Source of the DNA: an uncultured Hyphomicrobiales bacterium
GTDB lineage: Bacteria; Pseudomonadota; Alphaproteobacteria; Rhizobiales; GCA-2746425
Direction of reading: 5' to 3'
Assembly (NCBI GenBank): GCA_963974065.1
Contig: CAXBCI010000016.1
Span: forward strand, 2,421 to 66,420
Length of the DNA stretch: 64,000 bases
Position numbers and translations under genes: made by a program. Positions 38,382 to 49,200 of the stretch are shown here, piece by piece. The notes under the pieces were generated by a model. It did not search any database. It had not been told where the DNA came from and worked only from the letters and a program-made list of their open reading frames with translations. Every line of letters begins with the position of its first letter. Positions within the stretch are counted from its first letter, which is position 1.

Positions 38382-39122
38382 TCAATTCTTTCCGGTCAGC
38401 CTGCGGATTTCGGCTGCGACCATTTTTTCGACAAGTGGCGGCAGGTTCTGATCAAGCCATGATTGCAGCATAGGCCGCAGCATTTCCTTCACGAGATCTT
38501 CCATGGTCTTTGCCTGGCCGGAAACAACGAGCCCGGAAAGACTGGAAAATGCCTCTGAGACTGAACGTTCAGCCTGTTGGCTGATGAGGTTTTCGAATAT
38601 AGCCTTGGGGGCCTGTGGCTCGGGTTCAGCCGTCGGCGCTGTTTGCAAAGCGTCCCTGTCAACGTCCGCATCAAACATGACGTCCATTCCATCTACAATC
38701 GGCAATTCATCCGGTTCTGCGTCAGCTCCTGCCTTGTCGTCTTCATCTATCTCGGCCGCTGTGAGTTGGACGACGTCATCGTCGTCCTCTTCAGAGGTGG
38801 CTTCAACTGCGGACTCGATCGGGTCATCAGGCGCGAAAGCGGGTCGTGGATCAGACCTTGGCTCAGGTTCAGGCTCAGATTTCTCACCAGCTTCATCGTC
38901 GGAATCAAACAGAGCTTCAAGATCATCTGTCGACATGGAACTGTTGTGGCTCACTGTATCCCCTTCCTGGTCAGTGGAATCGGAAGCTTCCACACCATCG
39001 GTTCCGCTTGATTCCAAACCGGGTGCCGGCGCTGCATTATCTTCCTCGTCAGTTATAATCCGGCGGATGGAAGCTAAAATTTCTTCCATTGAAGGTTCTT
39101 GCGCGGTGGCAGAGTTGGACAT
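38382..39122 (-). CDS. popZ: DUF2497 / pole-organizing protein PopZ-like
   Basis: 246 aa. N-terminal EPSMEEILASIRRIITDEE, long acidic/Pro-rich linker, C-terminal MLRPMLQSWLDQNLPPLVEKMVAAEIRRL, as in PopZ homologues. Confidence 0.75.
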   Translation of the reverse strand: MSNSATAQEPSMEEILASIRRIITDEEDNAAPAPGLESSGTDGVEASDSTDQEGDTVSHNSSMSTDDLEALFDSDDEAGEKSEPEPEPRSDPRPAFAPDDPIESAVEATSEEDDDDVVQLTAAEIDEDDKAGADAEPDELPIVDGMDVMFDADVDRDALQTAPTAEPEPQAPKAIFENLISQQAERSVSEAFSSLSGLVVSGQAKTMEDLVKEMLRPMLQSWLDQNLPPLVEKMVAAEIRRLTGKN

Positions 39123-39327
39123 GTGTTATTCCCAAGTATTAAGCCAACGAACAACCGACTGGCTTTGCCAAATGTCAAGGGTGCGCCGATTCGCTGACCA
39201 TCAGTATATCTGACACAGAGCCACAAAGAGAACCCCGCAAGCTGAAGACCCCAGACCCTGCGAGAAATGCGCAAGTTCGCGACAGCTTTTCAAGCTGAAT
39301 CAAAAGACCGGTCGCCCTGATATAGGT

Positions 39328-40737
39328 TTAACGCCCGTCGGGCGTGCGCAAGCCGAACCACTTGTCACGCACTTGTTCAAAATGCTCTTCAGGTTGGTAA
39401 ATCTGGCCACTGAGGCCCAGCCTTTGTGCATTGAGCTTGCCCACTGCTGAAACCAGTGCAAATGCAGCGACGACCTGATCGCGTCTGGCTGATACCAGAT
39501 TAACGCGCGCGTCCTGAAGCTCCTGCTGTGCGTTCAGCACGTCCAGTGTTGTGCGCTGGCCGACACGCTGCTCCTCAATCACACCGCTCAATGCAATCTG
39601 GCTGGCGTTGCGCTGAGCCTCGGCTGCCACAATAACAGCGCGGCTGGCCATCAATTGACCCCAGGCTGAAGTCACCGAAGCCCGGACCTGCTGCCGGGTC
39701 AGATCCAACTCCAGCAGGCGCTGTCCTTCAATTTCCTTTGCCTGACGCACCCGGGAGGACACGCGACCTCCCTGATAAATCGGGATATTGATACGGCCGG
39801 TAATTGAGGCGCTGTCTCGCTGCCTAGTGGCACCATCAAAATTGTAGGTTCTTGTCACATCGCCTTCCAACGTAACCGTCGGCAGCAATTCGCCTTCGAT
39901 CACTTTGGTGTTGAAGGACGAGGAATCGGCGTTATAAGTTGCTGCCAGAATCGCAGGGTGATCGCTGAGTGCAACAGCAAGTGCGGCATCAAGCGTATTG
40001 GGCAGCAGTCTGTCAGCAGTAAAATTCTGCTTCAGATTGCCTGGTTGATTGCCGATGATCTGCTGATAGACCGCCCGGCTGGAATTCAGTGTCGCCTGGG
40101 CCAAATTCAACTGAGAGGCTGCAAGACTGATCCGCGCGTCGGATTGTGCGACATCGGTTCGCGTTGTTTCACCAACTTCAAACCGGTCCCGTGTCGCCCG
40201 GCCCTGTTCGCCCAAAAAGGTCATATTCTGGGCTCTGAGCTCAACCAATGCCTGGTCGCGCAGCACATTCATGAAAGCTTCTGCAGCTGAAAACAGGATA
40301 TTCTGTTCGGTGTTCTGCAGGCTGGCTCGACTGGCCAAAACTGCGGCTTCCGCCTGTTTGGTACCATTTGCGGTGCGAAAGCCGCGAAACAGGTTTTGCG
40401 TGACATTCAGACCAAGCGTGCCGCTTCCTATGTCGACTGATGTGTCAGGACCGTTGCGAACGTCGGTGTCAGTCCAGCTCTGCTGGAGGCTGCCACTTGC
40501 ACTCACGTTAGGTCGATATCCGGAGAGAGCCTGCGGGACACCCTCGTCCACCGCACGAGTAGCCGCTCTGGCGGCATTCAATTCGGGATTGTTGCTGTAG
40601 GCGGATGACAGCGCCTGCAGCAGCGTTTCGGCGTTGGAAGCAGCAGGAACGGCCATGGTAATGACAGCTGCAAGTGCTGCTGTGGCTATCCCTGACAGGA
40701 CACCCTGTTTGTTGTTTCCCACACCCAATCCTTTCAA
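39328..40737 (-). CDS. tolC: TolC-family outer membrane efflux protein
   Basis: The long ORF was trimmed to an in-frame TTG at 40737 (GTG at 40722 is an alternative), which yields signal peptide ...AALAAVITMAVPAASNA followed by ETLLQALSSAYSNNPEL, the typical mature TolC N-terminus. Start is uncertain. Confidence 0.85.
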   Translation of the reverse strand: MKGLGVGNNKQGVLSGIATAALAAVITMAVPAASNAETLLQALSSAYSNNPELNAARAATRAVDEGVPQALSGYRPNVSASGSLQQSWTDTDVRNGPDTSVDIGSGTLGLNVTQNLFRGFRTANGTKQAEAAVLASRASLQNTEQNILFSAAEAFMNVLRDQALVELRAQNMTFLGEQGRATRDRFEVGETTRTDVAQSDARISLAASQLNLAQATLNSSRAVYQQIIGNQPGNLKQNFTADRLLPNTLDAALAVALSDHPAILAATYNADSSSFNTKVIEGELLPTVTLEGDVTRTYNFDGATRQRDSASITGRINIPIYQGGRVSSRVRQAKEIEGQRLLELDLTRQQVRASVTSAWGQLMASRAVIVAAEAQRNASQIALSGVIEEQRVGQRTTLDVLNAQQELQDARVNLVSARRDQVVAAFALVSAVGKLNAQRLGLSGQIYQPEEHFEQVRDKWFGLRTPDGR

Positions 40738-40912
40738 GATCGCTATACGACGCAAAGCGCACAATATTTCCGCATCTTCCCGCTCACAGGTACTAACTGC
40801 CCATACTAACTGCCCTGGCCAAACCTGCCAGCCCTTGACGCGATTACAGCGCCGTTCAGGCACTACTGCAGCTGTCAACGCGATCAGATGCACACTTGCG
40901 CATTGATCGGAC

Positions 40913-41581
40913 CTAAAACACAAAACTTTCGGCCCGCTCAAAGCCCGGCATTGGTGGCACACTGGCATTCATGATCGGAACACAAGTGGCACCCATGCCG
41001 GTTTTACTGAACAATGACAGATTACCTGAATGGCCATGACCGACAAAGGTCAAGAGCCGTCCGTCGGACCGCAACTGGTCAAACAGCACCGGCGGAACTT
41101 CATCAACTGCACCGTTGATGATGATCAGATCATAAGGGCCTTCTTTGGCATATCCGTTGTGCAATTCACTTTGCAGAATCACCGCATTGTCGATTTTCAG
41201 GTCCATCAGATTGCCGGTAGCGATTTCCACAAGATCAGCAGCGCTTTCTATAGCCACAACAGATTCGCAGAACCCTGCCAGGATCGCGGTGGAATACCCG
41301 GTGCCACAGCCGATATCGAGCACAAGATCGCTGGGCTTGATTTGTGCGGCCTGCACCAGACGGGCAAAGGGATAGGCCTCCATCAGATAGCGGCGCTCTC
41401 CTGAACCATTGTTCCAGACTTGGACGTCACTATCAGTGTACGCAAATGCCCGGCGATCTTCAGGTACGAATATTTCCCGTGCCAATTGCTCAAACCGGTC
41501 AAGAACGGCGGAAGATGTCACATCATTGGTGCGAAGCTGGTGTTCCACCATATTCTTTCGCAAATCTGCAAAATCCGTCAT
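40913..41581 (-). CDS. Protein-L-isoaspartate O-methyltransferase family protein (second, tolC-linked paralogue)
   Basis: 222 aa. SAM motif VLDIGCGTGYSTAILA and PCMT-like N-terminal region. Confidence 0.8.
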   Translation of the reverse strand: MTDFADLRKNMVEHQLRTNDVTSSAVLDRFEQLAREIFVPEDRRAFAYTDSDVQVWNNGSGERRYLMEAYPFARLVQAAQIKPSDLVLDIGCGTGYSTAILAGFCESVVAIESAADLVEIATGNLMDLKIDNAVILQSELHNGYAKEGPYDLIIINGAVDEVPPVLFDQLRSDGRLLTFVGHGHSGNLSLFSKTGMGATCVPIMNASVPPMPGFERAESFVF

Positions 41582-41835
41582 CGTTCAGATTCTCTCATCT
41601 TGGGCTATTTGATCATCCCCAGGTTCCATAGTCCATACCGGTGCCGGGCAGTGCACGCAAGACTGGATTGCTGCGCTGCGACGTTTGATTACATATTTTA
41701 GGGGACAGCAACTCGCCTGTCCCACCTTGCCGTCATTAACGCTATGACAGGTTCTCATACGGAAACTGCCACCACAACGCGTTTTGCTGTTGTCCGAATG
41801 AAACCGGTTTGCTAAAGCCACAGCATCCAAATGAA

Positions 41836-41909
41836 GGCCTCGTGGCGGAGTGGTTACGCAGCGGATTGCAAATCCGTGAACCCCGGTTCGATTCCGGGCG
41901 AGGCCTCCA
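41836..41909 (+). tRNA. tRNA-Cys (anticodon GCA)
   Basis: Folded by hand. Acceptor GGCCTCG/CGAGGCC, anticodon arm GCGGA-TTGCAAA-TCCGT, T arm CCCGG-TTCGATT-CCGGG, encoded 3' CCA. Confidence 0.95.
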
Positions 41910-41957
41910 GTTTGTGTAAGACTGCATTTGCTCTGCACGACGGAATGGCCATCTGAT

Positions 41958-42935
41958 ATGAAACATGGTGGCGAACCTCCTTTAGATAAATCTCGTAAGG
42001 CTGGTGCATGGCTGGATTTGTCGACCGGCATCAACCCGCTGGCCTATCCCCTGCCCGAGCTCAATTCTGCCGATTGGCAGAGCCTCCCATCTGGCCGGAA
42101 CAGAGAAGCGTTGCTGGAAGCAGCAAGGGCCTACTACAATATACCCGAAGATACCGCGATAGAGGCGGTGCCCGGAACCGAGGCAGCGATCAACCAGCTG
42201 CCGGATATTCTGCCAGGTCCGGTTGCAGTGGCCGAACCGACCTATTCCAGTCATCGCGCAGCCTGGAGCGCCCGTGGCCATGAAGTTTATGCGCACAGCC
42301 CCGTTGCCCCGGCAGAGGCCAGCCAACATCTGATTGTCGTCAATCCCAACAATCCGACAGGTGACCTCAGGCCCGCCGAAAAATTGCTCAAACTGGCTGA
42401 GGGACTTTTGCCGAATTGCGTGCTGATCGTCGATGAGGCCTTTATGGATTGCACCCCGGCGAGCAGCGTCGTGCCGCATCTTCGCCCTGATTTGCCGATC
42501 ATTGTCCTGAAATCATTTGGAAAATTCTTTGGTCTGGCTGGTTTACGGCTCGGATTTGTGATTGGCCGCCGCGATCTGGTGGAGGCACTGTCAAACCGGT
42601 TTGGCGACTGGAGCATCAGCGGCCCGGCCCTTCGGATCGGCAAAACTGCGCTGGAAGATCAGGCATGGCAGGCGGCAAGCCGGGAGCACCTGAAACACAG
42701 TATGGACCGGCTAGAGACATTTCTGACAGGCCCGGACAGAATTCTCGGCAGGACCGATTTGTTTCTGCTGTACCGCCATACTGACGCTGTCCGGCTGCAT
42801 CGACATCTGGCCGAACGACATATCTGGACGCGGAAATTTTCCTCTCAGCCGACATGGTTGCGCTTTGGTGCGCCAGCCACCATCACCGATTTCAGCCATC
42901 TTACCGAGAGTATCGGGAAGTTTGAGGACCTGTAG
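41958..42935 (+). CDS. cobD: L-threonine-O-3-phosphate decarboxylase (CobD in Salmonella nomenclature, CobC in P. denitrificans)
   Basis: Start set at the ATG at 41958 (MKHGGEPP...). Class I/II aminotransferase fold with LDLSTGINP and SFGKFFGLAGLRLGF motifs. Context next to cbiB. Confidence 0.85.
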   Translation: MKHGGEPPLDKSRKAGAWLDLSTGINPLAYPLPELNSADWQSLPSGRNREALLEAARAYYNIPEDTAIEAVPGTEAAINQLPDILPGPVAVAEPTYSSHRAAWSARGHEVYAHSPVAPAEASQHLIVVNPNNPTGDLRPAEKLLKLAEGLLPNCVLIVDEAFMDCTPASSVVPHLRPDLPIIVLKSFGKFFGLAGLRLGFVIGRRDLVEALSNRFGDWSISGPALRIGKTALEDQAWQAASREHLKHSMDRLETFLTGPDRILGRTDLFLLYRHTDAVRLHRHLAERHIWTRKFSSQPTWLRFGAPATITDFSHLTESIGKFEDL

Positions 42936-42949
42936 CACGAGATCTGCTC

Positions 42950-43217
42950 TAGGGTCTGAACTCAACTAGGAGATTGAATTGGCGCGGCCAGAAAAGCCTA
43001 AATGCTATGAACGGATTGCAGGTAAGGCTGGTTGCCTTTCCAAAATCTGTGAAGCGGCAGTTGGGCTTTTCGGGCAGCGTCGCTTTGCGATGAGCTTGCT
43101 TTTGGCCAGGATTTCGTCGCAAAGGCTTGAAAACCAGACGGTTTCCTGCGCCTTTGCTCCTAACTCTGACCAAAATCAAGCTCACCAATTCAACCTCCTA
43201 GTTGAGTCCAGACCCTA
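42950..43217. mobile_element. MITE-like palindromic element, copy B (268 bp including flanking TA)
   Basis: Same termini as copy A (TAGGGTCTGAACTCAACTAGGAGATTGAATTGGCG ... CACCAATTCAACCTCCTAGTTGAGTCCAGACCCTA). Carries an extra internal segment of about 82 nt. Occupies almost the whole cobD-cbiB spacer and ends 1 nt before the cbiB ATG. Confidence 0.65.
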
Positions 43218-44204
43218 ATGCTTCTTGACTATACGCTGTTTCTATCCGGAACGCTGGCAAGCCTGTTGGTCGTCCTGCTACTGGATGCCATTCTCGGTGA
43301 CCCGGATTGGCTGTGGCGCCGTATTCCGCATCCGGTAGCCTGGATCGGTGCCCTGATCAGCGGTCTCGAGAAGCTGCTCAATTTCAGACGCATCGGTGCG
43401 GCAAACTATCTGACAGGCAGTCTTCTGATCCTGATTCTGACTGGCGTTGCAGGCGCAACCGGGTTGGGAATGCGTTGGGTGTCGGGGCAATCTCTAGCCG
43501 GATCAGCCGGCATGATCCTGGCAGCGTCTGTTCTGCTGGCGCAAAAAAGCCTCTTTGGCCACGTTGCCGCTGTTGCCAATGCTCTGGATGACGCCAGTCT
43601 GCAGCACGCGCGCCAGGCGGTGTCAAAGATTGTCGGCCGCAATCCGGACCAACTCGATGAGACCGGCATTGCCCGCGCCGCCATTGAATCAACGGCAGAA
43701 AACCTGTCCGACGGCGTAATTGCGCCCGCCTTCTGGTTCGCCATTGCCGGCTTTCCCGGACTTCTGGTTTATAAAGCTGTCAACACAGCGGATTCGATGA
43801 TCGGGCACCGCAACGAAACCTATCGCGCCTTTGGCTGGGCGGCGGCACGGCTGGACGATCTGCTCAACCTTATACCCGCGCGTATCACCGCCATTCTGCT
43901 GGCTCTTTGCGCGCCAATTGTCGGCGGGTCGGTATTCCGGACTTTGATCGGCACTGTGCGCGAGGCCCGCTGGCACCGCTCTCCCAATGCCGGCTGGCCG
44001 GAGGCTGCTACCGCCCATGCGCTGGGCATTACACTTGCCGGGCCAAGACAATATGACAGCGTGAAAATTGACGCGCCCTATTTCAATGCCGGTGGCCACC
44101 GAACCGTCGATGAAAGCGATATCCGCCGGGCGCTGCGGCAGATGATCGCCGTCCTGATTCTGCACTGGCTTATCTATCTCGGGCTTTATGCAGCTCTCGC
44201 ATAG
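43218..44204 (+). CDS. cbiB: Adenosylcobinamide-phosphate synthase CbiB (CobD in P. denitrificans nomenclature)
   Basis: 328 aa membrane protein. [24 protein letters not shown] and PNAGWPEAA motifs. Confidence 0.9.
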   Translation: MLLDYTLFLSGTLASLLVVLLLDAILGDPDWLWRRIPHPVAWIGALISGLEKLLNFRRIGAANYLTGSLLILILTGVAGATGLGMRWVSGQSLAGSAGMILAASVLLAQKSLFGHVAAVANALDDASLQHARQAVSKIVGRNPDQLDETGIARAAIESTAENLSDGVIAPAFWFAIAGFPGLLVYKAVNTADSMIGHRNETYRAFGWAAARLDDLLNLIPARITAILLALCAPIVGGSVFRTLIGTVREARWHRSPNAGWPEAATAHALGITLAGPRQYDSVKIDAPYFNAGGHRTVDESDIRRALRQMIAVLILHWLIYLGLYAALA

Positions 44205-45652
44205 GCAATATCCAGCAACGCGGCGATATCGAGATGGGTTTCCAGATGTTGGGCCAACTCATCCAGACACTGATCAATCGCCTGATCATAGCGATAATCC
44301 GAAGCTGCGTGGCCAAACCCCTGCAGATAGGCAACGCGGAAGGCGTCAGCGCTGAAAATACCATGCATATAGGTGCCGCAGACCAGGCCGTTCGGGCTGT
44401 GCGCTCCATCAGCGCGCCCAGCAATATGCGCAAACGGGCGCTCGCAATCCGCACCAGTGGTGTTGCCAAGATGAATCTCGTAGCCCTCTACCGCCAGACC
44501 GCTTGCGCAATGCACGCCATTGGCCGGGCTGGTGGTCTTGGTGCGGCTCAGCGTCGTTTCAATATCCAGATGGCCAAGCCCGGCTACGGACCGCACCGGC
44601 CCTTCGACGCCATCAGGATCGGAAATCCGCTTGCCGAGCATCTGGTAGCCGCCGCACAGACCGATCACCGGCCTGCCCCGGCGCAGATGCGCAGCAATAT
44701 CAATATCCCAGCCTTCGGCTTTGAGGAATTCCAGATCCGAAATCGTGGATTTTGAGCCGGGCAGCAGAATCAGATCGGCATTTGTCGGCAATGGCTCGCC
44801 AGCCTCGACCAGATGTACGGACACATCCGGTTCAGACGCCAGGGGATCGAGATCATCGAAATTGGCAATTCGTGGTAATTTCGGCACTGCAATAGTGAAG
44901 CTGCCTGATGAGCTGGCCCCGGTTTGCAGATCCAGAACATCTTCTGCCGGCAAGCGCCGCGCCTGGGGAAAATATGGCACGACGCCCAAAGGCTGCCATG
45001 CGGTCATTTTTTCAATTGTCTTTATGCCGTCATCGAACAGGGAAACGTCGCCGCGAAATTTGTTGATCAGAAAGCCTTTGATGCGCTGCCTATCCGCAAG
45101 GGGCAGCACAGTGTGGGTGCCCACCACACTGGCAATCACGCCGCCACGATCGATATCGCCAACCAGTACCACTGGAACATCGGCGGCTTCGGCAAAGCCC
45201 ATATTGGCAATATCCCCTGCCCGCAGATTGATCTCCGCCGGGCTTCCCGCGCCTTCCACGAGAATCAGATCATAGTCCGCTTCCAGCGCTTGGAAGCTTT
45301 CCAGCACCTTTGGCATCAATGTCGTTTTATGCGACCCGTAATCACGCGCCCGCATGGTGCCGGCCAAGCGGCCCTGAACGATGATCTGCGCACCGATTTC
45401 ACTTTCCGGTTTCAGCAGCACCGGGTTCATATGAATGCTCGGGGTCAGGCCCGCCGCACGGGCCTGCAGCATTTGCGCCCGGCCAATCTCGCCACCCTCA
45501 GCAACGCCGGCATTGTTCGACATGTTCTGCGGCTTGAACGGCGCCACTTTTATGCCGCGTTGAACCAAAGCCCGCGCCAGACCCGCAACCAGGATAGACT
45601 TGCCGACATTGGAGCCGGTTCCCTGCAGCATAAGCGCCGGTTTGCGAGACAT
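44186..45652 (-). CDS. cobQ: Cobyric acid synthase
   Basis: 488 aa. [13 protein letters not shown]-loop-like N-terminus and C-terminal GATase domain ([10 protein letters not shown]). Confidence 0.95.
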   Translation of the reverse strand: MSRKPALMLQGTGSNVGKSILVAGLARALVQRGIKVAPFKPQNMSNNAGVAEGGEIGRAQMLQARAAGLTPSIHMNPVLLKPESEIGAQIIVQGRLAGTMRARDYGSHKTTLMPKVLESFQALEADYDLILVEGAGSPAEINLRAGDIANMGFAEAADVPVVLVGDIDRGGVIASVVGTHTVLPLADRQRIKGFLINKFRGDVSLFDDGIKTIEKMTAWQPLGVVPYFPQARRLPAEDVLDLQTGASSSGSFTIAVPKLPRIANFDDLDPLASEPDVSVHLVEAGEPLPTNADLILLPGSKSTISDLEFLKAEGWDIDIAAHLRRGRPVIGLCGGYQMLGKRISDPDGVEGPVRSVAGLGHLDIETTLSRTKTTSPANGVHCASGLAVEGYEIHLGNTTGADCERPFAHIAGRADGAHSPNGLVCGTYMHGIFSADAFRVAYLQGFGHAASDYRYDQAIDQCLDELAQHLETHLDIAALLDIAYARAA

Positions 45653-45655
45653 GTT

Positions 45656-46282
45656 TTAAAATTCGATTCCGACTTGCGCTTTGACACCGGAACGGAACGG
45701 ATGCTTGATCATGGTCATTTCCGTGACCAGATCGGCGATCTCGATCAGCGGTTCCTTGGCGTTGCGGCCGGTAATGACAACATGTTTTTCATGGGGTTTC
45801 TGTTTCAGAAATGCGACCACCTCTTCCACGTCGATATAATCGTAACGCAGCACAATGTTCAACTCGTCGAGCAGCACCAGTTTGTGCTCATCATCCATGA
45901 TCAGCTGTTTGGCCTTCTCCCAGGCCTCGCGGGCCGCCTTGATGTCGCGCTGGCGGTCCTGGGTTTCCCAGGTAAAGCCCTCACCCATCGTGTAATGCGA
46001 GACCAGTTCGGGAAACCGTTCCAGCACAGTGCGCTCTCCGGTTTCCCATTTGCCCTTGACGAATTGGACGATGCCGATCTTGTGGCCATGGCCAAGAGAG
46101 CGGAAAACAAGCCCGAAAGCCGCGGTGGATTTGCCCTTGCCCTTCCCGGTATGGACAATCACCAGACCCTTTTCGATTGTCTTGGTGGCGATGATCTTGT
46201 CGCGCGCCGCCTTCTTTTTCTTCATTTTGTCAGCATGGCGGGCATTCAGCTCTTCTTCCGTCATATTGTCCTTGATGCTCAT
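45656..46282 (-). CDS. cobO: Cob(I)yrinic acid a,c-diamide adenosyltransferase
   Basis: Trimmed to the ATG at 46282, which forms an ATGA overlap with the cobN stop. GLVIVHTGKGKGKSTAAFG P-loop. Confidence 0.9.
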   Translation of the reverse strand: MSIKDNMTEEELNARHADKMKKKKAARDKIIATKTIEKGLVIVHTGKGKGKSTAAFGLVFRSLGHGHKIGIVQFVKGKWETGERTVLERFPELVSHYTMGEGFTWETQDRQRDIKAAREAWEKAKQLIMDDEHKLVLLDELNIVLRYDYIDVEEVVAFLKQKPHEKHVVITGRNAKEPLIEIADLVTEMTMIKHPFRSGVKAQVGIEF

Positions 46283-49200
46283 GCGACTTTCTCCCCTTTG
46301 AGGTCTTTCAACTCGGCGAAAATACTGTTGCGCCGTGGCTGCCACAATTCCCGGTCGATGGCCTGAAGAAAGCGGTCAGCCATTTCCTTCAGCGCAGCGG
46401 GATTGTGCAGTTCAATAAACTGGCGCACATCCTCGTCATCAAAATAGGCGTTGTAGAGCAAGTCAAACTGATGGCTTTGAACTGCCTTTGTGGTTGCGGC
46501 ATAGGCAAACAGATAATCCAGCGTGGCGGCCATCTCGAATGCCCCCTTATAGCCGTGGCGCATCATTCCGGCGATCCATTTTGGATTGGCCGCGCGGCCG
46601 CGAACCACCCGTGCGAGCTCTTCCTGCAATGAGCGTATCGCCGGCGTTTCGGGTCGCGAATGATCGCCATGATAAACGGCGGGTTCCACGCCAGACAGTG
46701 TTGCCACAGTTGCTGTCAAACCGCCCTGGAACTGATAATAATCATCGCTGTCGAGAATGTCATGTTCCCTGTTGTCCTGGTTTTGCAGCACCAGCTGGGT
46801 CTGGCTCAGGCGGGTTTCCAGCAAATCGCGTGCGCCATCGCCTTCCGATCCCGCGCCATAGGCATAACCGCCCCAGGTAAGAAAGCTTTCAGCAAAATCC
46901 GAGCGGTCTTCCCACAGATTTTCATCAATCAGCGCCTGCAGCCCGGCACCGTAAGCCCCCGGCATTGAGCCGAAAACTCGGAAGCCGGCGCGCTTCGCGG
47001 CATCTTCCGCAGACAGGCCGTCTGACACCAGCTTGCATGTTTCCGCCCGCACGCGCGCCGCAATCGGATTGGCATCTTCCGGTTCCTCCAGCGCGGCGAC
47101 ACCGCGAACCGCACTGTCAAACAGATCGATCTGCAGCGGGAAGGCGTCGCGGAAGAAACCGGAGATGCGAAGCGTGACATCGACACGCGGCCGTTTCAGC
47201 TCAGACAAGGGGATGATCTTGAAGCCGGTCACCCGGCCGGAGAGCTCCTCCCAGACAGGTTCAACCCCGATCAACGCCATGGCCTGTGCAATATCGTCTC
47301 CGCCGGTGCGCATGTTGGATGTGCCCCAGGCTGTCAGTGCAAGGGCTGCCGGCCATTCCCCATGCTCCTGAAAATAGCGCTCGGTCACAAGATCTGCCGA
47401 TTGGCGGCCCAGCTGCCAGGCGGCTTTTGTCGGCACGGACCGGACATCCACGGAATAGAAGTTGCGTCCCGTCGGCAGGCAGTCCAGCCGCCCGCGCGTT
47501 GGCGCACCCGATGGCCCTGGCGGCACGAACGAGCCGCTGAGCGCGGTCAAACAGGCTTCGATTTCAGATCTGCCGCTGTCGTCAAGGGCTTTCGCCACGG
47601 CACCATTGACGTAGGCCAGAACGGCTGCAGTCTTTTCCCACTGCTTTTGAGCGGTCAGATCTCCGTTCACCAGTTGCACTGCAAGGCGTTCAATCCGCTC
47701 CAGCGTGTCGGCATTGGTGCGCCATGGCAGGTCTGAAACCCCAGCCAGCGCTTCAGGCACTGGTCCGGTCCAGGGCGCGGATAACTCACAGGCCAGTGGA
47801 TCGAACCGGTCAAGGCCCAGATCAGCAGCCAGAGCCCGGTGCAAAGACATGTGTGACGAGCCGGGCACGCGGGTCAGAGCCACCAGCGTATCGGTTCTTT
47901 GTGTGCCGGTCGGAGACTGGCCCAGAGTGTGCAGCCCGTCGCGTATCTGCATTTCCTTCAATTCACAGATATAGCCGTCAAGGCGTTGCAGAACCTCATG
48001 TTTTTCGACGCCAAGTGGCAAACCAAGCTCGGCTCCGAGCGCGTGACGTTCAATTGCTTCAAAAATCTGTTCTTCCAGCAATCTGACACGTTTGGGGTCA
48101 ACGCCGCTCGCCAGAAAATATTCATCGATCAGCGCTTCGATTTCCGACAATGGGCCGTAGGTTTCTGCACGGGTCATGGCCGGCATCAGGTGATCGATAA
48201 TCACCGAACTGATGCGGCGTTTTGCCTGCGCCCCTTCGCCCGGATCATTGACAATGAATGGATACACAACAGGCAGTCCCTGCATAATTGCGTCAGGCCA
48301 GCATTCTGACGACAGGGCAAGCGCCTTGCCCGGCAGCCACTCGGTGTTGCCATGCTTGCCCATATGGACCAGCGCGTCAGCGCCAAACTCCCGGCGCAAC
48401 CAGACATAAAAAGCCAGATAATTATGCGGCGGCACCAGCGCCGGATCGTGATAGGTTTCCTTGGGATCAATATTATAACCCCGTGCCGGCTGTATTCCGA
48501 CTGCAATGTTGCCGAATGTGTGGACGGCAAGGCGGAAGATGCCGTCTATGCAGGCCGGATCATCCGGCGGCGCGCCCCAACGCTCTTCAACTGCTTTTTG
48601 AAGAGATTCTGGCAATTCTCTATAGTGATGAAGATATTTTTCCAGGGTCAGGCCATGATTTGCCTGCCTCAAGCGCCCTTCGTCAAACGCATTTGTCGGA
48701 CCGCTCATCAACAAATCCATCAGGGATTTGCTGTCTTCCGGCGCTTCGTCTGTCGTATAATTTTTCGCTTGAAGCGCTTTCATCAGCGCAATTATGCTGG
48801 CCGGCGTGTCGAGACCGACGCCATTGGCCATACGACCGTCCTTATTGGGATAGTTCGACAGGATCAGAGCCAGCTTTTTGTCTGAAGCTGCAGCATCGCG
48901 CAATCCAGACCACGCCGCTGCCTGGTTGGCAAGCCGGTTGATGCGATCAGTGATCGGGACAAAACGCGTCGGTCGGCATTCAGTCCGGGTGTCAAACGCA
49001 CCCTCTTCCTTGAATGAGATGATTTGGGTCAGTACCCTGCCATCGATCTCGGGCAGCACCACATGCATGGTCAGATCTTTGGCGGACAGGCCCCGGTCGC
49101 TTTCCCGCCAACCCGCTTCGGACGTGCCGGACATGACAAATTGCAGCACCATCCTGCCGGCCTGATCGAGAGGCGTTGCAACATGGCTGCCGCCGGCCTT

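Noticed and set aside
39225-39262. Short matches to the MITE end (CCAGACCCT here, GTCTGAACT at about 58826)
   Set aside because: These are only 9-nt matches without the rest of the inverted repeat, which is expected by chance in 64 kb.
42949-43218. Two 79-aa ORFs, one on each strand
   Set aside because: Both lie entirely within MITE copy B. The same frames are disrupted in copy A by the 82-nt difference, so they are not conserved coding sequence.
44924-46366. 480-aa plus-strand ORF; also the 333-aa ORF at 49420-50421
   Set aside because: Both lie antisense to cobQ/cobO and cobN/cobW, whose products carry diagnostic motifs over their full length. Long antisense frames are common in such GC-biased genes.
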